From the human T2T-CHM13v2.0 reference genome, Homo sapiens: a stretch of 64,000 nucleotides of DNA. A model generated the notes under the pieces. That model did no database searches, had not been told where the DNA came from, and worked only from the letters and a program-made list of their open reading frames with translations. This document shows, piece after piece, positions 1 through 13,400 of the stretch. Where the stretch lies: the NCBI GenBank assembly GCA_009914755.4, contig CP086569.2, forward strand, positions 11,360,001 through 11,424,000, read 5' to 3'. A program made the position numbers and the translations under genes. Each line of letters starts with the position of its first letter. Within the stretch, counting starts at the first letter, position 1.

Positions 1-924
1 GAGGCCAAGTACACAAAAAAGCAAAAGAACTAGCATGCCTTTTTCAATGGATGTCTATTTTACAGGGCTGGCTTCAGATTATTGTTATAGCTTTAAATAA
101 AAGGACCGTTTTGTCATCTTGGCCCATGACCTACATTATTTCTTTACTGTCCATTGCCCTGGACACTTGACTAATTATTTAACAGCAGTTTTTTTTTTTT
201 AATTTTAAATCATGATTCATTGCATTGCTGTAAGAGTAATTAGAGGTAAAGTAGGGCTTGAAACTGCCTGTAGTTGGTTACTTACTGAGATCTTAGCATA
301 ATTGTCAGGTGAGAGGTTGAAGTTTTAATCAGCGCTAAGTGGGATATAAATTCGATGCACTGAAACTGCAGTGTCCAATTCAGTAGGCGCTAGCCACCTG
401 TAACTGTTGAGCACTTGGAATCCTGGCTAGTCCTAATTGAGATGTGTTGTGTTAAATACACTGGATTTTGTCATTGGAGTGGGAAGAACAGTGTAGAATA
501 TCTGCTTGATTTTTTTTTAATATTTATTACATGTTAAAATTATTACTATGATTACTATTTGGGACATACTGAGTTAAGTATATTTAAAATTAATTTCACC
601 TTTTCTTTTAATGGGGCTTACCAGTACATTTAAAATTATGTACATGGCTCACATATTTATTGGACAGCACGGCTCTAGAAGTTTAGGAAGAAATAAGAAA
701 AATATTGAGAATAGGTAGCGACAGTAGGAAGTTTTTCCTCCTGTAAGACTGAGTCCAATAAAACTAATAGGTGATAGTTTTAATTGGCTTTTCCTACTAG
801 AAAAAGTAAGTGTACTTTACATGCCTCTTTGTTCTCCCTCTTTCCCCTTCAATTTAGTGGTTAGCATGTATTTACTACATCAGGCTTAATATTCACTAAG
901 CAGTGTTAAGAAGACTTAGGTAAA

Positions 925-1005
925 TGAAGATTGAGCCACTGTACTCCAGCCTGGAAGACAGAGCAAGACTCTGTCTCAAAAAAGAAAAAAAAAAAACCAT
1001 AATGC
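925..1005 (+). repeat. Alu 3' fragment with A-tail
   Basis: 'gagccactgtactccagcctgg..gacagagcaagactctgtctcaaaaaagaaaaaaaaaaaa' matches the Alu right-arm end plus poly-A. Confidence 0.8.
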
Positions 1006-1049
1006 CACCTAATATCCAGTTTATACTTAAATTTCCCTAAGTGTCTGAA

Positions 1050-1340
1050 TAATTTTTTTTTTTTTGAAACAGAGTCTCAACTTTGTCACCCAGGATGGAG
1101 TGCAGTGTTGCGATCTCGGCTCACTGCAACCTCTGCCTCCCGGGTTGAAGTGATTCTCCTTCTTCAGCCTCCTGAGTAGCTGGGACTACAGGCCCACCTG
1201 TCGCCATGCCTGGCTAATTTTTTGTATTTTAGTAAAGATTTGTTTTCTGCCTCTTAGGAGCTTAGGACCACCAGGGTGGTCTGGAACTCCTAAGCTCAGG
1301 CAATCTGCTCACCTTGGCCCCTCAAAGTGCTACCAAGAAT
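1050..1340 (-). repeat. Alu element (SINE), minus orientation
   Basis: poly-T followed by 'gagacagagtctc..cccaggatggagtgcagtg..cctcctgagtagctgggactacagg', the reverse complement of the Alu consensus. Confidence 0.85.
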
Positions 1341-3989
1341 ATCTTTATAGCTGGTATTTGTTTGTTTAGAGACAGATTTCATTCAAGATTCATGCATTTG
1401 GTTGTGATGTTTCTTGGTATTTTTTCTGAGACTTCTTGATAGATACCTGTCATGCACTGATAGAGAGTTATATCCTAACCATGTTTTGGACAGTTTTATC
1501 TCTGAATAATAGCTTTTGTCATTGTTTGTTGCCTGCTCACGGGAACACTGTTAATAATAGTCTTCTTCTTCAAAAAGTTTTAAAAGAGTTATTCAAGAAA
1601 TTCCTTTCACACTTTTCTTTATTCCTTTTTTAAGGGCCTAATATGCACCAGACATCATTTTTCTAGGTGATTGTGGATGAAATGGTGAAAAGGAAAGGCA
1701 AGAATGGAATTTCCTGCTAGTGGGAAGTAGAAGAGAGTATTAAAACTTTTTTCTTTCTAAGTCAAATCAGTGTCATATACATGAGAAAGCTAGGCAGTAT
1801 GGCATTATCAGCTTGGCTTTCTCCTTAAATGAAATAGAAAGTGCCCTGTTTTACTCAGACAGTGTTTTTTTTTTTTTTCTAAAAAGCTAAAAGAAGTTAA
1901 ATACTTTGAAAACAATTAATTTCTGTTCTAAATTATACAAATGTTATATTTGTAAAACTAGAGAAGTTTGTTCCATTGCTTCTACCAAGCATCCTAGCTT
2001 ATGTAGTTGGGGCAGCTAGAAATCTAATGAACAGAATGTATATTTTAGGCTTATATAAAGTATTCTGCAACATAAGCTCAAAAATACCCCCTACCCCCTT
2101 TTTGATAAAAATAAAGTTTACTACTAATAATCAAATACAGCCAGAGGTGTGCTGGGAGTGGAGGGGGACTGAGTGAAAGAAAGTAGGAATGGGGTAAAGG
2201 CTGGGGCAAAGAGCAGGCTCTCTCCCTGCAGGGGAATATCAGGGGCCTGAAGCCAAGTTAAATGACAGCATGACTTCAGGAGGCCAGATTTGAGGGCTTT
2301 TATCTAAGATGCAGCATCGGAGTTTGGTTTAAGAGAGTAGGAAGTGATACGTCTGTTACCCAAAGGACACTTCTCTTTTTAAAATAAATTACCTACAGAG
2401 TTTAGGCCAAAGAGGTGGGCAAGGTAGATTTGGGAAACTGTTGCTTGCTAATATCACCAAACGCTTTCTTTTTATACCTGGTGGAGGCTTTAATTGGGGC
2501 AAGGACATTTTTATATAAAGATAGAGAAAACAATCGCCTATGGAATTTGATTCCTTGCTCCATGCCCTCGCTAGCACCTCTCAAGATGCTTGATGATATT
2601 TAAAATTTCTTCATAGGGAAAAAACTTTTCATCCCACAATTAGAATCAGGCTTAACTTGCTTTTTGAAAAGGTAGTATGTAATTTGTGTTAAGATATAAA
2701 TTACCAAGATTTTTATATCTTGAAACAGATTTAGATGATAGAGTGTGGTAGGTGGTGGTGGTTGGTGGGAAGGGGTAGTTTTTTAGAGAGGGTATTAAGA
2801 GTTGGGATTTTCAATGTGAGAGAGGTGAAGGTTTGAAAATAAGTAAGAAAAGCACTAAAAGAGTGAAGTCAAGGGCCTCTGAGAGCCAGGATGATAGATT
2901 CTATTTCACAGTTTAACACAGGATCAGCATAGACCAAAGCAAGTTTGTAACTAAGGCAATGAAGATCATCTGTCTCCTCCCTTCCCCATTAATTGTGAAC
3001 TTTAGTTTTATAAGCTCCTAAGAGGCAGAAAACAAATTGGAGCCTCATCTTCTATTTGGGAATGTATGGCATGTATTTATTGTCCTAGGTGCTGGGTTTA
3101 TTTTTTTTCAGCTAATGACAGTTTTCCATGCTTTATGGTAAGTGACCATAAAGTAAGTGGTAAGTGACTTACCCTTCAGGCAGTTCAGCCCAGGACAGTC
3201 AGCAGAAGACTGTTTCCAGACCCCACCTGCTAGTTACAGATCATCCCTGATAGAGCAGAGAGGGGTGACCAGGTAGTAACTTTATAGTCACTGGAGGCAA
3301 AGCCCATTTTTGGACAGTTCATTGAGGGCTTACAGATAAAAGGTTCACAAATTATGCAGTGAGCTGGATGGAGTGTGAAGTGTATTTATGGGTCGTGCAC
3401 ATACATAATAGGTTTACTTTTTGAGACTTGAAAACATGTTTTAACCTTAACCTAGGATTCCCACCTGATTTAAACCTCTTATTTCTCTAATGTCAGCCAA
3501 AAATGTGAGTATGACATACAAAGAGAAATACATCAAGGACTTTTCATCCTCATAGTTTGCCAGTGATGGTGGAGAGTGTCAGAATTGGTGAGTAGCCTAA
3601 TCAAACCTTCTTGCTCTGCATGCAGTGGCAGACAGTCCCTTTGCTGTTTCTTTGGGGCATGCAGACTAATAAAGTGACACCATCATTTTATCTCTCAGTG
3701 AGCAGTAGTTTTAATGCTACTGCAGTGGTGGGAGCACTGGGTGTTGTCGTCCTCACCTGAGGACAAGCAGCTTTGTTTTGGATCATGCATCTGTTATTGT
3801 GATGGAGCCATTTATTTTTCAGGGAATGATGCCAAATGATGTTTGTCCCTTTGCTTTACATTTTTATAGCTAGGTCTTTGAAGCTGAACTGGAGGAACTT
3901 CTTAGCCAATACTGTCTTCTCAAACCAAAAGTTGACAGTTGCAGAAGACACGTTTTTTAGTGTCATGGCAACCAAGCAACATATTGCCT

Positions 3990-5265
3990 TAAATTAAATT
4001 TAGAGGTTGAGCATCCCTAGTCTGAAAAATCTGAAATTTGAAATGCTTCAAAATCTGAAACTTTTTGAGCACTGACATGACACCACATGTGGATTTTGAT
4101 GTACCAGTCAAAGTGCAGGTGAATAACACACAGTTTATTTGATGTTCTCTAGTGAAAAAAGACCCTCTCAGCCCCCTTCAGCTGCAGTATAACTTTTCTA
4201 CACATGCTCAGATTTCCCCATGCAAGCACACACACAAAGGGTCACAGAATGGCACATGTGCAAGCTGGACACGCCAATGGCAGGATTCCCACAGATGGGA
4301 CCTAAGTGCTTTACTCATTGTGTATTTTTGCTTATTCTCTGCTCTGTGGTGTTAACATACTGAAAATGTCAATAAGGCCTGTAGATATCCCTGCGAGCAG
4401 CAATGATAAGGAAAAGTAGAAACACTTAGAACACAGAAAGTCAAGCTGTTGCAGAAATTGAACTGTAGTGTAAAGGTATAGATGACATGGTGAAAATGTG
4501 TGATAGAGATATTGAAGATATTGAAGGACTAGAGCTACCTGCATTCATAACAGAACAAGAGGTCATGTCAGCTTATAAAATTAAAGAGAGACTTCCAAGA
4601 CAAAAGCCCTTGATAATGAGGCAGATGACTCTGGAGAAACATTATAAAAAGCCATCTGGCAGAATGCCTCCTCAGCCTCAGAGGACTCACCTCCTAGTTG
4701 CTCAACTCCTGATATTTCTTCTCACCTAAAAAAAGAAAAAAATACAATGTACAGTAACCTTTTAATCAAAATGCAGCCTTGTAGGTGGAGCCTGAAAGCT
4801 TGCCATTGTTTATACAGCTGTTTAACAGCTGATGCAGGTATTCTGGTGATGCTACTGTGTTGCTTATTGTTTTTTACTGTATTAATGGCATGTCATATTT
4901 TTACTTATGTGTGAATAATTGTGTGAAAATGATTGCTCATCAGTAGCATATAAATTCAGAGTCAAAAATGATGGTCAGTGACGTCAGACAGCCACAAGTT
5001 TTCCACATGGAAGCTGAGATAGTGACACCTTTGCTTTCTGATGGTTCCATGTACACAAACTTTGTTTCATTCACAAAATTATTTGAAATATTATATAAAA
5101 TTACCTTTGGGCTATGTGTATAAGATATATGAAACATAAGTGAATTTCACGTTTAGACTTGGGTCTCATCGCCAAGATATCTCACGTAGATGCAAATATT
5201 ATAAAATCCAAAAAAAAATTCCGAAACCCTAAACACTTCTGGTTCCAAACATTTCAGATAAGGGA
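3990..5265. mobile_element. DNA-transposon remnant with inverted terminal regions (GGTTGAGYATCCCT.. type TIR; family name uncertain)
   Basis: 3995-4085 'gttgagcatccctagtctgaaaaatctgaaatttgaaatgcttcaaaatctgaaactttttgagc' and 5190-5265, whose reverse complement is 'gcagattgagtatcccttatctgaaatgtttggaaccagaagtgtttagggtttcgg', form inverted terminal sequences; ~1.1 kb lies between them. Confidence 0.55.
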
Positions 5266-5608
5266 TACTCAATCTGCATATATAAAATATTTATGTATCA
5301 CATACATAGTATGTATATAATATGAATTTCCATTCCTCTACAGGTTACTATTCTGGTACATTCCCGTTATATTCTGTTTATCAGACTGCAACTAAAACTT
5401 TCATGGGTTCAGCTTTATGTTGAACAGAATTTGCAGAATTATGAGTTGAAGCAAACCCTAGTTTGATAATGCTATGATTCTCCTAAATCACCAAAGTGCA
5501 TGAAATGATTTTAAAGCTCCAGAAATACTGAAGCAACTTTGTGACAGAAAATTATTAGTGGATGCACAAGGAGTCTATAATGTTTTGGTTTTGCTATTGC
5601 TTCCTAAG

Positions 5609-5902
<294 letters not shown>

Positions 5903-6394
5903 TAAATTATATCTGAAAATCTCTTAGCAATCCAGAATTTTACAAGTGACTAATTAAGTTGTGAGTTCTTACCTTTTTAAAAAAACAGAGTAGTTTTACT
6001 CTCCTTTTCAGCACTTAAATTCTGTAATCCTTGAAGGATGGGTCTTTAGTGTAGTCATTTATTTTTGGTGTGCTAATATGCTCTGCATATAGCTTGATCG
6101 TAAGTGCAGTTTTAAGTTTTCCTGTGTCATACTGTAATGATAGGGTTGGCTCTGCAATTATTGCCCTGCGGTACTTTGCTGAAGTTATAGCACAGCAAAT
6201 ATTAGGATTTCTAAAACAGCTTTATTGGCAGTTCACATGCCATGTAATTCACCCACTCGAAGTATATAGTTCAGTGGTTTTTAGTATATTCACAGATGTT
6301 GGGAACCAACACTCCAATCAATTTTAGAATTGTTTTTCCACCTCAAAAAAAAATCCTATGCCCTTTAGGTTATTTTCTTTCTATTTATTTATTT

Positions 6395-6560
6395 ATTTAT
6401 TTTAAGAGATGGGGTCTTGCTCAGTCGACCAGCCCAGGCTGGAGTACAGTTGTGTAATCATAGCTTAGTGCAGCCTTGAACTCCTGGGCTCAAGATATCC
6501 TCCCATCTCAGCCTCCCTAGTAGCTAGGATTACAGGCATGGACCACAACACCCTGCCTCC
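6395..6560 (-). repeat. Alu fragment, minus orientation
   Basis: 'gagatggggtcttgctcagtcgaccagcccaggctggagtacagt..ctcagcctccctagtagctaggattacaggc'. Confidence 0.8.
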
Positions 6561-7949
6561 TGTGCCGTTTAGCTTTCAATTCTGTCTCTCCACATACATC
6601 ATCTGCACCCCCGCAGTTGTAGCACTGGCAATCACCAATCTTTCTGCCTCTGGATTCCCTATTGTGTGTTTCATATAAATGGGATTATCTATCATATGGG
6701 CTTTTGTTACTGGATTCTTTCACTTGGCATAATGCTTGCAAGGTTTGTCTATGCTGTGACATGTATCAGTACTTACTTTTTATGGCCACATGATACTCTG
6801 TTACATGGATACACTGGATTTTGTTTATGCACTTGTCATTTGATGGATATTTAGGACATTGTTTACCCCTTTTGGTTATTATGAATAATGCTGCTATAAA
6901 CATTGGTGTATAAGTTTTTGTGTAGACATTTGTCTTCGGTGTTTATCTAGGAGCAGAATTGCTCAGATGCATATAACTGTCTAATTGAGGAACTGCCAAA
7001 CTACTTTTTGAAATGGCTGCATTATTTTTTATTCCCTCCAGCAGTGTATTAAAATTTCAGTTTCTCCACATCTTCACAAACACTTACTGTGTGACTTTTT
7101 AATTGTAGCTATTATAATGTATGTGAAATTGTATCTCCTTGTGGTTTTGATTTGTATTTTCCTATTGAAGGTAATGTCCAGTGTCTTTTCTCATGCTTAT
7201 TGGCCATGTGTATATCTTCTTTGGGGAAATATTTGTTGAGATCTTTTGTCATTTTTTTTTTCCTGTTAGGGATCATTTTATTTTAAAAACAATAGACTTT
7301 TTTTTAGCAGTTTTAGAAAAAATAGAGAGAAAAGTGCAGAGAGTCCACATATGCTCCCCTACAGTGCCCCCGCCCAGTTTTCCCAACTCTTAACACCTTG
7401 CGCTACTGTGCTAAATTGATTAGATTTGATGAACTGATACTTATATCTGAAATTCATAGTTTACTTCAGGGTTCACTCTGTGTTTTATAGATTTTTGGAT
7501 TTGACAAATGTATAATGTCATGTACCTACCATTACAGTATTATGTAGAACAGTTTCATTGCCCTAAAAATCTCCTGTGCTCCACTGAGTCATTCCTCCCC
7601 CTCCTCTTCCTCCCAAACCCCCGGTCATTACTAATCTTTTTACTCTCTAATTTTGCCTCTCCCAGAATGTCATATAATAGGATCATGTAGTATGTATCCT
7701 TTTCAGACTGGCTTCTTTCACCCAGCAGTATACATTTAGGGTTCTTCTGTGCTTTTTCATGGCTTGATAGCTCATTTTTTAAATTGCAGAATAATATTCC
7801 ATTTGTTTGCATGTATTGAAGTTTGTTTATCCATTCTTGAATTATCTATCTCTAATTGGGTTGTTTTGTCTTTTTATTACAGAATTGTAATTGTTCCTTA
7901 TGTACGCCAGACACAAATCCCTTGTGTTCATCAGGGTTGCAGGATACAA

Positions 7950-8925
7950 GGTCAATATACAAAAATCAATAGTATTTGACACACTTTAACTGAGTACTAC
8001 ATACTCACAATGAGCAATCAGAAAATGAAATTAAGAAAGCAACTTCATTTATCATAGCATCAACAAGAATAAAATACTGATACATTTAAGAAGTGTAAAA
8101 CTTGTACTCTGAAAACTATAGAAGATTGTTGAAAGAAATGAAAGAAGATCTAAATAAACGTAAAAGTATCCCATGATCATGGACCTAAGGCTTAACATTG
8201 TTAAGAAGGCAATACTCCCTAAACTCATCTACAGATTTAACTTCATCCCTGTCAGAATCCCAGATGAGTTCTCTGTAAAATGGACAAGCTGACTCTGAAA
8301 TTCATATGGAATTGCAAAGGACTAAGAATAGCCAAAATAATCTTTTGAAAATGAGAACAAAGTAGGAGAACTCATACTTACTGACTTTAAAACTTACTAC
8401 AAGTCAGTGGTAATCAGGACAATATAATACTGGCAGAAGGATAGATGTATAGACCAGTGGGATAGAATTGAGAGTCAGATATGAACCCATACATATATAA
8501 CCACTGCTTTTGACAAGGGTGCCAAGATTATTCAGTGGGGAAAGAAGTTTGAGAACTGGCACAAGGACAACTAGATATGTAAACATATGCAAAACCTGCA
8601 GTAGGACCTTTACCCAACACCATATACAAAAACTATGGATGCAAAAAAAAAAAAAAAAATGGATCAAATGGATCCATTTTGAGCTAATCCACGTAAATGT
8701 AAGGACTAAAACTATAAAATCCTGAGAAGCAAACATAGGAGTAAATTGTCATGACCTTGAATTTGACAAAGTTTTCTTAAATATGAGACCAGCAACAAGA
8801 ATAAAAATTGATGAACTGGACTTCATCAAAATTAAACATTTTTGCACTTCAAAGGACACCATCAAGAAAGTGAAAAGACAACTCACAAGATGGAAGAAAA
8901 TACTTGTAAATCATGTGTAGCACTT
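7950..8925 (+). mobile_element. L1 (LINE-1) ORF2-region fragment, old subfamily
   Basis: L1 ORF2-like text: 'acaagcaggtggtaatcaggacaatataatactggcagaaggatagatgtatagaccagtgggatagaattgagagtc..', '..gacaaagtttttcttaaatatgagaccagcaacaag..'. Confidence 0.7.
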
Positions 8926-8939
8926 TTTGATGATAAACT

Positions 8940-9260
8940 TGAGGAAGACTTTTATTTTTTATTTTTATTATACTTTAAGTTCTAGGGTACATGTGCACAA
9001 TGTGCAGGTTTGTTACATATGTATACATTTGCCATGTTGGTGTGCCGCACCCACTATCTCATCATTTACATTAGGTATATCTCCTAATGCTATCCCTCCT
9101 CCCTCCCCCCACCCCACGACAGGCCCCTGTGTGTGATGTTCCCCATCCTGTGTCCGAGTGTTCCCACTGTTCAATTTCCACCTACGAGTGAGAACATGTG
9201 GTGTTTGGTTTTCTGTCCTTGCGATAGTTTGCTCAGAATGATGGTTTCCATATATGTATA
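8940..9260 (+). mobile_element. L1PA-type fragment (ORF2 3' portion)
   Basis: 'ctttaagttctagggtacatgtgcacaatgtgcaggtttgttacatatgtatacatttgccatgttggtgtg..cccactgttcaatttccacctacgagtgagaacatgtggtgtttggttttctgtccttgcgatagtttgctcagaatgatggtttcc' is near-identical to young L1 consensus. Confidence 0.85.
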
Positions 9261-10334
9261 TATGTCAGTTGCCAGGACTGCTGGGCAAGCCTGGGAAAGA
9301 GAGTACCTGGGGAAAGCAGCCTCCTGCTCCCCCGTGCCTTCTTTGAGCCTGATGTTCATTTGATGTGGTACTATATAATTACATCCAGTTTACCCTTTGA
9401 AATTCCTTGATTGTTCTTTTCTATATCCTTGACACTGTCCTTTTACAGACCACATAATCTTATCTGGAATACTACAACAGTTTTCTTTTCTCAGTGCTTT
9501 TAGGATAACCTGTCAAAAACTCATCTGGCTATAGTAGTACCTGCTTGCAACCTTTTAATTACTCCCCATTCCCTACCAGGCTGTGTAGCTCACTTGAGCT
9601 CTGCTAGGTGGTGAGGGAATCTGGGTCCTTTTTCTGGTATTTGAATTCAGTGCTACGTAGGTTACTGGCTGGGTTGACAATCTGAAATTGTAAATCATGA
9701 GTATTCTATGTAGATAGTCTGTCATGATTTAAAATAAAACATTGATATGTCAAAGATCATGGTGATGTGAGGTTGGGTATTGTCTGTGAGAATTAATTGA
9801 GGAAATTTAAATTATATGGTTTTATTTACATAGAGTGTATAACAACTAGTTAAGGGATAGATGTCTTCTTATCTGACTTTCAAGTATCTAAGAGTGGATT
9901 ATTGTGCTTGTTAAAGTTCTGGGAACCATGGCTATTTTCTGAAAATACCTCAGTGATGACAAATGAATGACTACCAGCCTCTTGTAACATTAGGACTCCA
10001 GTTCATCCCTTTGCTTCATAAGTGTGTCTTTTCCTTTTGTATATATTTGCTTTAGTGTAGAAAATAGGTTTTCTTGATTAGAAATCTAAGAAGAATAAAT
10101 TGAAAACTGGAGATTTTTCTATTGCTTTGGATTACCAAAATTAATGTAATTTGGCACTATATCCCTGTGCCATTATTGTCTCTCTGGTAGGTAGATGGTA
10201 GGGTTTTGGGTGATTAAATATTTTTCCCCTATTTTGCTTATTTAATGGGCATATGTTTGTATTAAAAGGGAAAATAAATAGGAATGTAGAAGATGTTAAC
10301 TAATCGTGAAAGTTATTGGGAAGGGTTACCTAAT

Positions 10335-10495
10335 TTAAAAGTTGGCCAGCCATGGCAGCTCTGCCTGTAGTCCCAGCTGTGGGGGAGGCTGAGGCAAGAG
10401 GATGGCTTGAGTTCAGGGGATGGAGGTTACAGTGAGCTATGATTGTGCCACTGCATTTCAGCCTGAGGGACAGCGCCAGACCCTGTCTCAGAAAA
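10335..10495 (+). repeat. Alu fragment
   Basis: 'ctgtagtcccagctgtgggggaggctgaggcaagaggatggcttgagttcagggg..cactgcatttcagcctgagggacagcgccagaccctgtctcagaaaaa'. Confidence 0.75.
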
Positions 10496-13400
10496 ACCTA
10501 GAACAGCAACAAACAGAGAGAGGAGCCTGGACGGATTGAGCAATATTAGTGTCCGGGAGCTGCTGTAGTGATGGCTTACGACATCAGGAATTTATTCTCT
10601 CACAGTTCTGGAGGCCACAAGTCCAAAATCAAGGTGTGGGCAGAAATGCGCTCCCTCTGCAGTCTCTTGGGGAGGATGCTTGTTTCTTCCAGCTTTGCGA
10701 CTGTGGTGCCTGCCGCCATTGGAACCAGCTCTGCACGGCTCAGACCTGGGTGATGAGGACACAGCTTTGCAGGTGGGCAGCCACATCCCCAGGGGGAGAC
10801 TGTGAGCCTGTGGCAGGGTAGGGGCCACCAGGGCAGGGGCTCCACATTGTTGCCCCTGAGCTCCTGGGGCTTGTGGAGAAAGACAGGTGGATGCACACAT
10901 ACTGCAGCTCCTTGGATCTGAGCCTTGGTTTCCCTACCTGTGAAATGGGCACCCATGGCAGCTTAGAAGTGTCTGGGAGCATCCCCTGTGGGGGAATGTG
11001 TGGGGGCTGCTGGGGCACAGTCATGGGAAACCCCAGTCCCCCTCTCCATGTGCTTCCCTCAATGATCCCTGATGACAGCAGTCCTGCCCCCGAACAGAAA
11101 GGGGCATTCCTGTGAGTTCCTTGTGTGGGGGACTGGTCACAGAGACTCCCCAAGTGCAGGGCAGGGTGGAGGGAGGCTGAGGGGTGGTTGAATGGACAGG
11201 AGAAGAGCTCTCTCCAGTTCCTCGGATCTGGTTGGCCTGGGGAGCATCCATCTGGGCAGGCAGCTGGCAGGGCTGGTGGCTGAGCCACTGTGGCTTGGGG
11301 ACCCCAGGCCAGGACAGAGTAGGGTGGGCAGGGAAAGCAGAGTGTGAGCATATGGGGCAGGACAGGTGTCTCCTGGACAGAAAGAGCCCTGGTCACTCAT
11401 GGCTGCAGCATAGCCATGGCGACAGGAAAGTGCTGCTGTACATTGTGCTCCTGGGGCTGGCTCCCAATGGACAGCCAACAGCATCTCCCCCATTGTACTG
11501 TGGGATGCTGGCAGTGGTGCTGGGCACTGAGGTAAGAGCCTTGGCAAGCCCTTCGCTCTCTGGGTGTGATACCTTGGGCTCCTGGATGCCTGGGTTTCCG
11601 TGTCCTATTTTTCCCATGGAAGATGTTTGGGGTGCTCCCAGGAAATGGGGAGGGCCCTGGGGGGTCAGGATTGTATTATTAAAGCCAGAAAGTCTGGGGT
11701 TCCATTTTTAGCACAAGGCAGGCAGCCCATGAGCCCCAGCCCAGTGGCCAGCCTGTGTGGGAGGGGAGTGGGGGTCTGAAGGAGTGAGGCTTCTGTTACT
11801 GCAGGCTCCACTGCAGCCCTCCAGGGTGGCCCGTGTTGGCTGGAGAGCGGGCACTGCACCAGGGGCTCTGGCGCTGACCTTGAGCCATGCATCTAATGCC
11901 TGTGAGAGTGATCTCTAGGAACCACTGCACAAGGGGGCAGATGAGGGAACCCTGACATGGGACAGCCGAGGGCGACCCCAACACGGAGGGGGCAGCTGTG
12001 TCCAGGCTCCACTGGATTCCGCAGAGTACAGAACACAGCTCTGACTCCAGGGTGTGGGCTCACTGAAGGACAGGACAGGCTGGGGTTGGGAGAGGGCCAA
12101 GCTGCAGCTGGGCCAGATCCCACCTGCACCCCTCAGATGGCAGGGCCTGGACGTCTCCATCCCCACCCTGACCCGGTCAGTAACAGCCATGGGCTAGCAG
12201 CCCCCAGCAACCCCTCCCTCTGTGAACTGCCAAGGACAGGAGGTACCACAGTCTCTTCCAGGCAAGAGCTGCTGGAGCCTTCTTTATTCTTGTGCTAGAA
12301 GCCCAGGGTGGGGAGAGGAGCCTGAGAAGAGCCCAGTGTGGGCATCCACCTTCCTGCCCACTTTGGAGGTCTGAATCACCTCCGGCCACTCTCCCAATCC
12401 CCAGGAGCCCAGAGGCTTCCTGGAGCAAGCCACACCTGATCTCCACCATGGGTAGGAGTTCAAGGCCAAGACAACAGGGACTCCAAAGAGGGGCCTGTGG
12501 GTTAGCAGCAGCTGCCAGTGTCCAGATGGCCTCAGGGGTGGGGGTTGGACAATCTGGAGGTCAGCAGGGAATTCAGCATGAGGAGACAGCCCTTAGGGTT
12601 CTGGCCCAGCAGCCCCAGGTGCTGGCTCTGCACTGAGTCATGAAGTTTGTGGGCCAGGGGAGGTGGCCTCTCTCTAGCTGAGAGTGATTTCCATCACTGC
12701 TGTCATTAGCCTCCCCTGCATCAACCTGTCCCTGGGGTGCGAGCACAGTGGGCACAGGGACCCTCAGGCCTTAGTTTTCCCTGCTGTAAAATGCATGTGA
12801 TAGGCTGTCATGAGGTCTGAAGGAGTTAAAACCTGCCATGTGCTCAGGATGACACCTAGCTCGGTTCCTCCTAGCCTGGTGCCACCATCCGGCATCAGAG
12901 ATTAAATACTTCTCCCAGGCCCCCTCCTCTGGCACCCCCCACACTCAGCTCTCCATCAGCCACCCCCTCCAGGGTGGGACAAGGAGGTCCTGAGCCTGCT
13001 GGGGACCTGACAGGGCTGGGCAGCGCCACCTGGGCCTGGGCGATAATGGGAGCCTGAGTGTGGGGCCTGCATGGAGGGAGCCATTGTTTCTTGGGCCTCT
13101 TAGTGGCTACTTCCCTAGAGTCTGGGAGAAGTGCTGCTGTTCAAGAGGGGACAGTGCCAGCAGCTCCTTCTGAGGCTGGGGTGGGCACAGCGTGGAGGGG
13201 CCTCACCTCCACCCACCTCCCATGGAGGTTCCTGGCTCTCCTGGAGGACTCCTTGCTACTGGGCTGAGGCTGGCACCAGGGCTGACCAGGCCCAGGATGG
13301 TGTTGGACAACCTGCATCCCCCTGCAGCAGGCAGGGAGGGCACTGCAGCCACCACCCACCCACACATGACCCCTCCCTGGCCATCGTGTCTAGGGTGGCA

